Source: Curvularia clavata
Lineage: Eukaryota
NCBI GenBank assembly: GCA_023920165.1
Contig: CP089277.1
Coordinates: 1,240,001-1,304,000, forward strand
Length of the DNA stretch: 64,000 bases
Direction of reading: 5' to 3'
This document shows positions 61,568 through 64,000 of this stretch, piece by piece. The notes below the pieces were generated by a model, which worked only from the letters and a program-made list of their open reading frames with translations, made no database searches and was not told where the DNA came from. Made by a program: the position numbers and the translations under genes. Within the stretch, counting starts at the first letter, position 1. Every line of letters begins with the position of its first letter.

Positions 61568-61760
61568 GTTTTAGCGATAGGGTAGCGTATCAGACGCACC
61601 CTTGGATATCTAATAAATACATTGATGTATCAATTTGATACAACTAGCCCGCTTATGGCAATTGGCCTATCAAAAGTATCGCAAATAAATGACGTGTCGA
61701 CATCAGTCCACTAAAAATTAAAGTTCAAGAGAATTTTGTCCCAGAAGAGATTGAAGCGCG
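61568..61760 (+). repeat. Degenerate direct repeat, copy 2
   Basis: Homologous to 58812-59022; differences are mostly transitions. Confidence 0.8.
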
Positions 61761-62061
61761 ATATCTCGAGCTCTAGAGCCTCTAGCTTAACGTCTCGAAT
61801 CCAACAGGTTAATATAGATCCTAAGACCCTAAATTGTAGAGCAACAATCCTCTAGTAGGCTTCTAACCATTGGACGACCAACAACGGACGGAACAATCCG
61901 AAGTCGTTGAACCATGGTTGTGATTGGAACACGCAGCGCAAGGCAGCACAGTAGTTCATAACTGTCCACTATAAATACTCTGCTCTCGTGAACTTCGTCT
62001 CTAACCTGGCAACATTATTGACATCATAAGGCAACCATACAACCGAAGCTCCCATCTCAAA

Positions 62062-63552
62062 ATGACGAAGAGACACAATCAAATCACCTTTGCCTGGCTC
62101 TCGTTGCCTGCAGATATCCGTCTTTTAATCCTTGACGAAATCTCAGGCCAGAAACATCGTGGCTGGGCTCAGTGCGCAGCCGTCTGCAAGGAATGGTTGG
62201 CCATCCTTGAACCCAAGAATTTCTCCCGATTAACAGTGCATCCATCCTGTCTAGACGAACTGGATACCCTCGTTATCCGACAAAGGCCTCTTGTTCAGCA
62301 CGTCTGTCTCCATATCGAACTTCCTCGATACACCTGTCCCACTTGTAAACGAAAGGCCGAATTTTGCAAGCGCCATCCTGCAATTTTCAAGAGGGCTGTC
62401 CTAAGGCTCTTTTCTATTCTGAATGACTGGCAGCCTACAGGTCGGTTGACACTCGAGCTGAGCGCATCTTCACCGAGCGACTCACAACATTGGTTCAAGA
62501 ACTACTGTTTTGGACCTGGGCATAAAGACACAAGAGACTGGACTCAACAGGAGAAAGCTATTCGATGGCACGATCCAGAGCACGGCTGGATTGATGGCCA
62601 GCAGGTTAAGACTCCCAGCCCAGACGCTGTTGAGCGCCTCTTCTCTGCGCTCTGCCTGGACACCCTCCAAAATCTTCCTGTCGTTCATGCTGTCACAAGC
62701 TTTTGCGTGCGTCGACAACTTCGACATATGCTTTTACCCCACGTACTAAAGGATTTGTGGGAGAAACTCCCTCGACTAGAAAGTATAGTCTACGAGCTGT
62801 GGCGTGAGCAGTGGCATGCCTGGCATAGCTGTCACTACCCCAACTACGATCTGATATATGCAATTCAGCTATCCCATTTATTCCAGGAATCTGTTCCAAA
62901 ACACGTTAAAAGAGTGTCTATCTTTCAGGACTTCAACAACCAACTTACATTGGCACTTGCGCCAAGTATAGGCCAGCCAGGTTTAGGCCGAGGTATTGGA
63001 AGTCCCTCAGATGTGGATCTCAAGCTATCCCACGCATTTGCCGCCAAAAGTCACCATCTGGAGCACATTTCTATTTCATACATGGTCGACGCCCGGCAGT
63101 TTTTCGCCTCATGCCAGCAGCTGCCACGTACCTGGAACCTCCTGCAGTCCATGACATTCACATCATCCACATTGGCCCGGACAGCCCCTCATCGAGACGT
63201 TTATAAACTATTGCGAAACGCCGCATCGGTTGTCCTAAAGATGCCGCGGCTCAAAACCATGGTGCTCTGGAACAGTGAACCGGGACACGCCTGTGCGGTA
63301 ATTTATCAGCGACATACTACAATGGCTGAACTGACATGGAGAGGTACATGGAATCTTGAGCTCAGAGATGATGTAGTTGAGTCCTGGAAGAAGGTTGCTT
63401 CTAGTCCTTACCTACGGTTGGAGAAGGAAGTATTGCGCGACGTGGATATCAGGTCCCATGGCGATGCAATTCATTATCTACGCTTACCGGATGGAATAGT
63501 TGATGCTGAATCGCTGAGTCAAATACGATACGAGGGCCAAAGCATGGCCTGA
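62062..63552 (+). CDS. F-box-like hypothetical protein (resembles the DUF6546 family)
   Basis: Intronless 496-aa ORF; WLSLPADIRLLIL...AAVCKEW...NFSRL, IELPRY, ELSASSPSDSQHWF, LPRLESIVYE, MPRLKTMVLWN, SHGDAIHYL. Confidence 0.75.
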   Translation: MTKRHNQITFAWLSLPADIRLLILDEISGQKHRGWAQCAAVCKEWLAILEPKNFSRLTVHPSCLDELDTLVIRQRPLVQHVCLHIELPRYTCPTCKRKAEFCKRHPAIFKRAVLRLFSILNDWQPTGRLTLELSASSPSDSQHWFKNYCFGPGHKDTRDWTQQEKAIRWHDPEHGWIDGQQVKTPSPDAVERLFSALCLDTLQNLPVVHAVTSFCVRRQLRHMLLPHVLKDLWEKLPRLESIVYELWREQWHAWHSCHYPNYDLIYAIQLSHLFQESVPKHVKRVSIFQDFNNQLTLALAPSIGQPGLGRGIGSPSDVDLKLSHAFAAKSHHLEHISISYMVDARQFFASCQQLPRTWNLLQSMTFTSSTLARTAPHRDVYKLLRNAASVVLKMPRLKTMVLWNSEPGHACAVIYQRHTTMAELTWRGTWNLELRDDVVESWKKVASSPYLRLEKEVLRDVDIRSHGDAIHYLRLPDGIVDAESLSQIRYEGQSMA

Positions 63553-64000
63553 TCAGTGCATCTGTACAGATTTCTGTCTACTTCCTGGCTGCTCTTGGCT
63601 TCGCTGACCAATGGTGATGTTTGATGTATTTTGCACGTTATTACCATCAAGCCACTACGACTGGTATACCATTCTGTGGCAAACACATACAATCGAGATG
63701 TAACACATTTTTTAATCACGTGGAAACTTTCTTTCCCACAAATGATAAAAATAGAAAATAACAGCGTACAAAACCATCCTACGTTCTAGTAAAACTACGA
63801 CTTTTTGAAAATAGCTGTAGTTTTCGCTTTTTTGGTATGTTGGCAGCATAGGTGAGCTTGTTCTGACATTCCCATTTTACTGGTCGTGGGAGAAGGATTA
63901 TATTATGGGAGCAAGTTCTCCACCCACGTGAGCAATAATGACATTGATAATGAGGATAAAATATATTTTGTTCGAGCGTTGGCGCGCCACTATATTCGCC

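Overview
Gene-dense, intron-containing DNA from a filamentous ascomycete (GT-AG introns of about 50 nt with CTRAC branch points; Dothideomycete-like by inference). From 1 to about 58.6 kb it holds mostly conserved core genes: PP2C Ptc1, GAF-domain fRMsr, intron-containing tRNA-Arg(CCT), Cdc14, a SET methyltransferase, FacB/Acu-15, Kti12, FAM32A-like, an amino-acid permease, two further Zn2Cys6 proteins, Ybp1-like, Lsm3, a B-type cyclin, a transglutaminase-like peptidase, Edc3, a DUF1749 hydrolase, Dak1, SmD2 and an Ams2/Spt21-like GATA factor, plus two orphan-like genes. After about 58.6 kb it looks accessory: a degenerate direct repeat of about 200 bp with RIP-like transitions brackets a nuclease-fold-like gene, followed by an F-box-like gene. 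Most notable observations: (1) the Ams2-like protein carries an internal Zn2Cys6 cluster that is 23/33 identical to the cluster of a gene 18 kb upstream; (2) the repeat-flanked putative pseudo-nuclease cassette; (3) a dispersed 68-bp-period dyad minisatellite; (4) a 5-nt microexon in fRMsr and an odd splice junction in KTI12. Family names come from recognising motifs, not from database searches.
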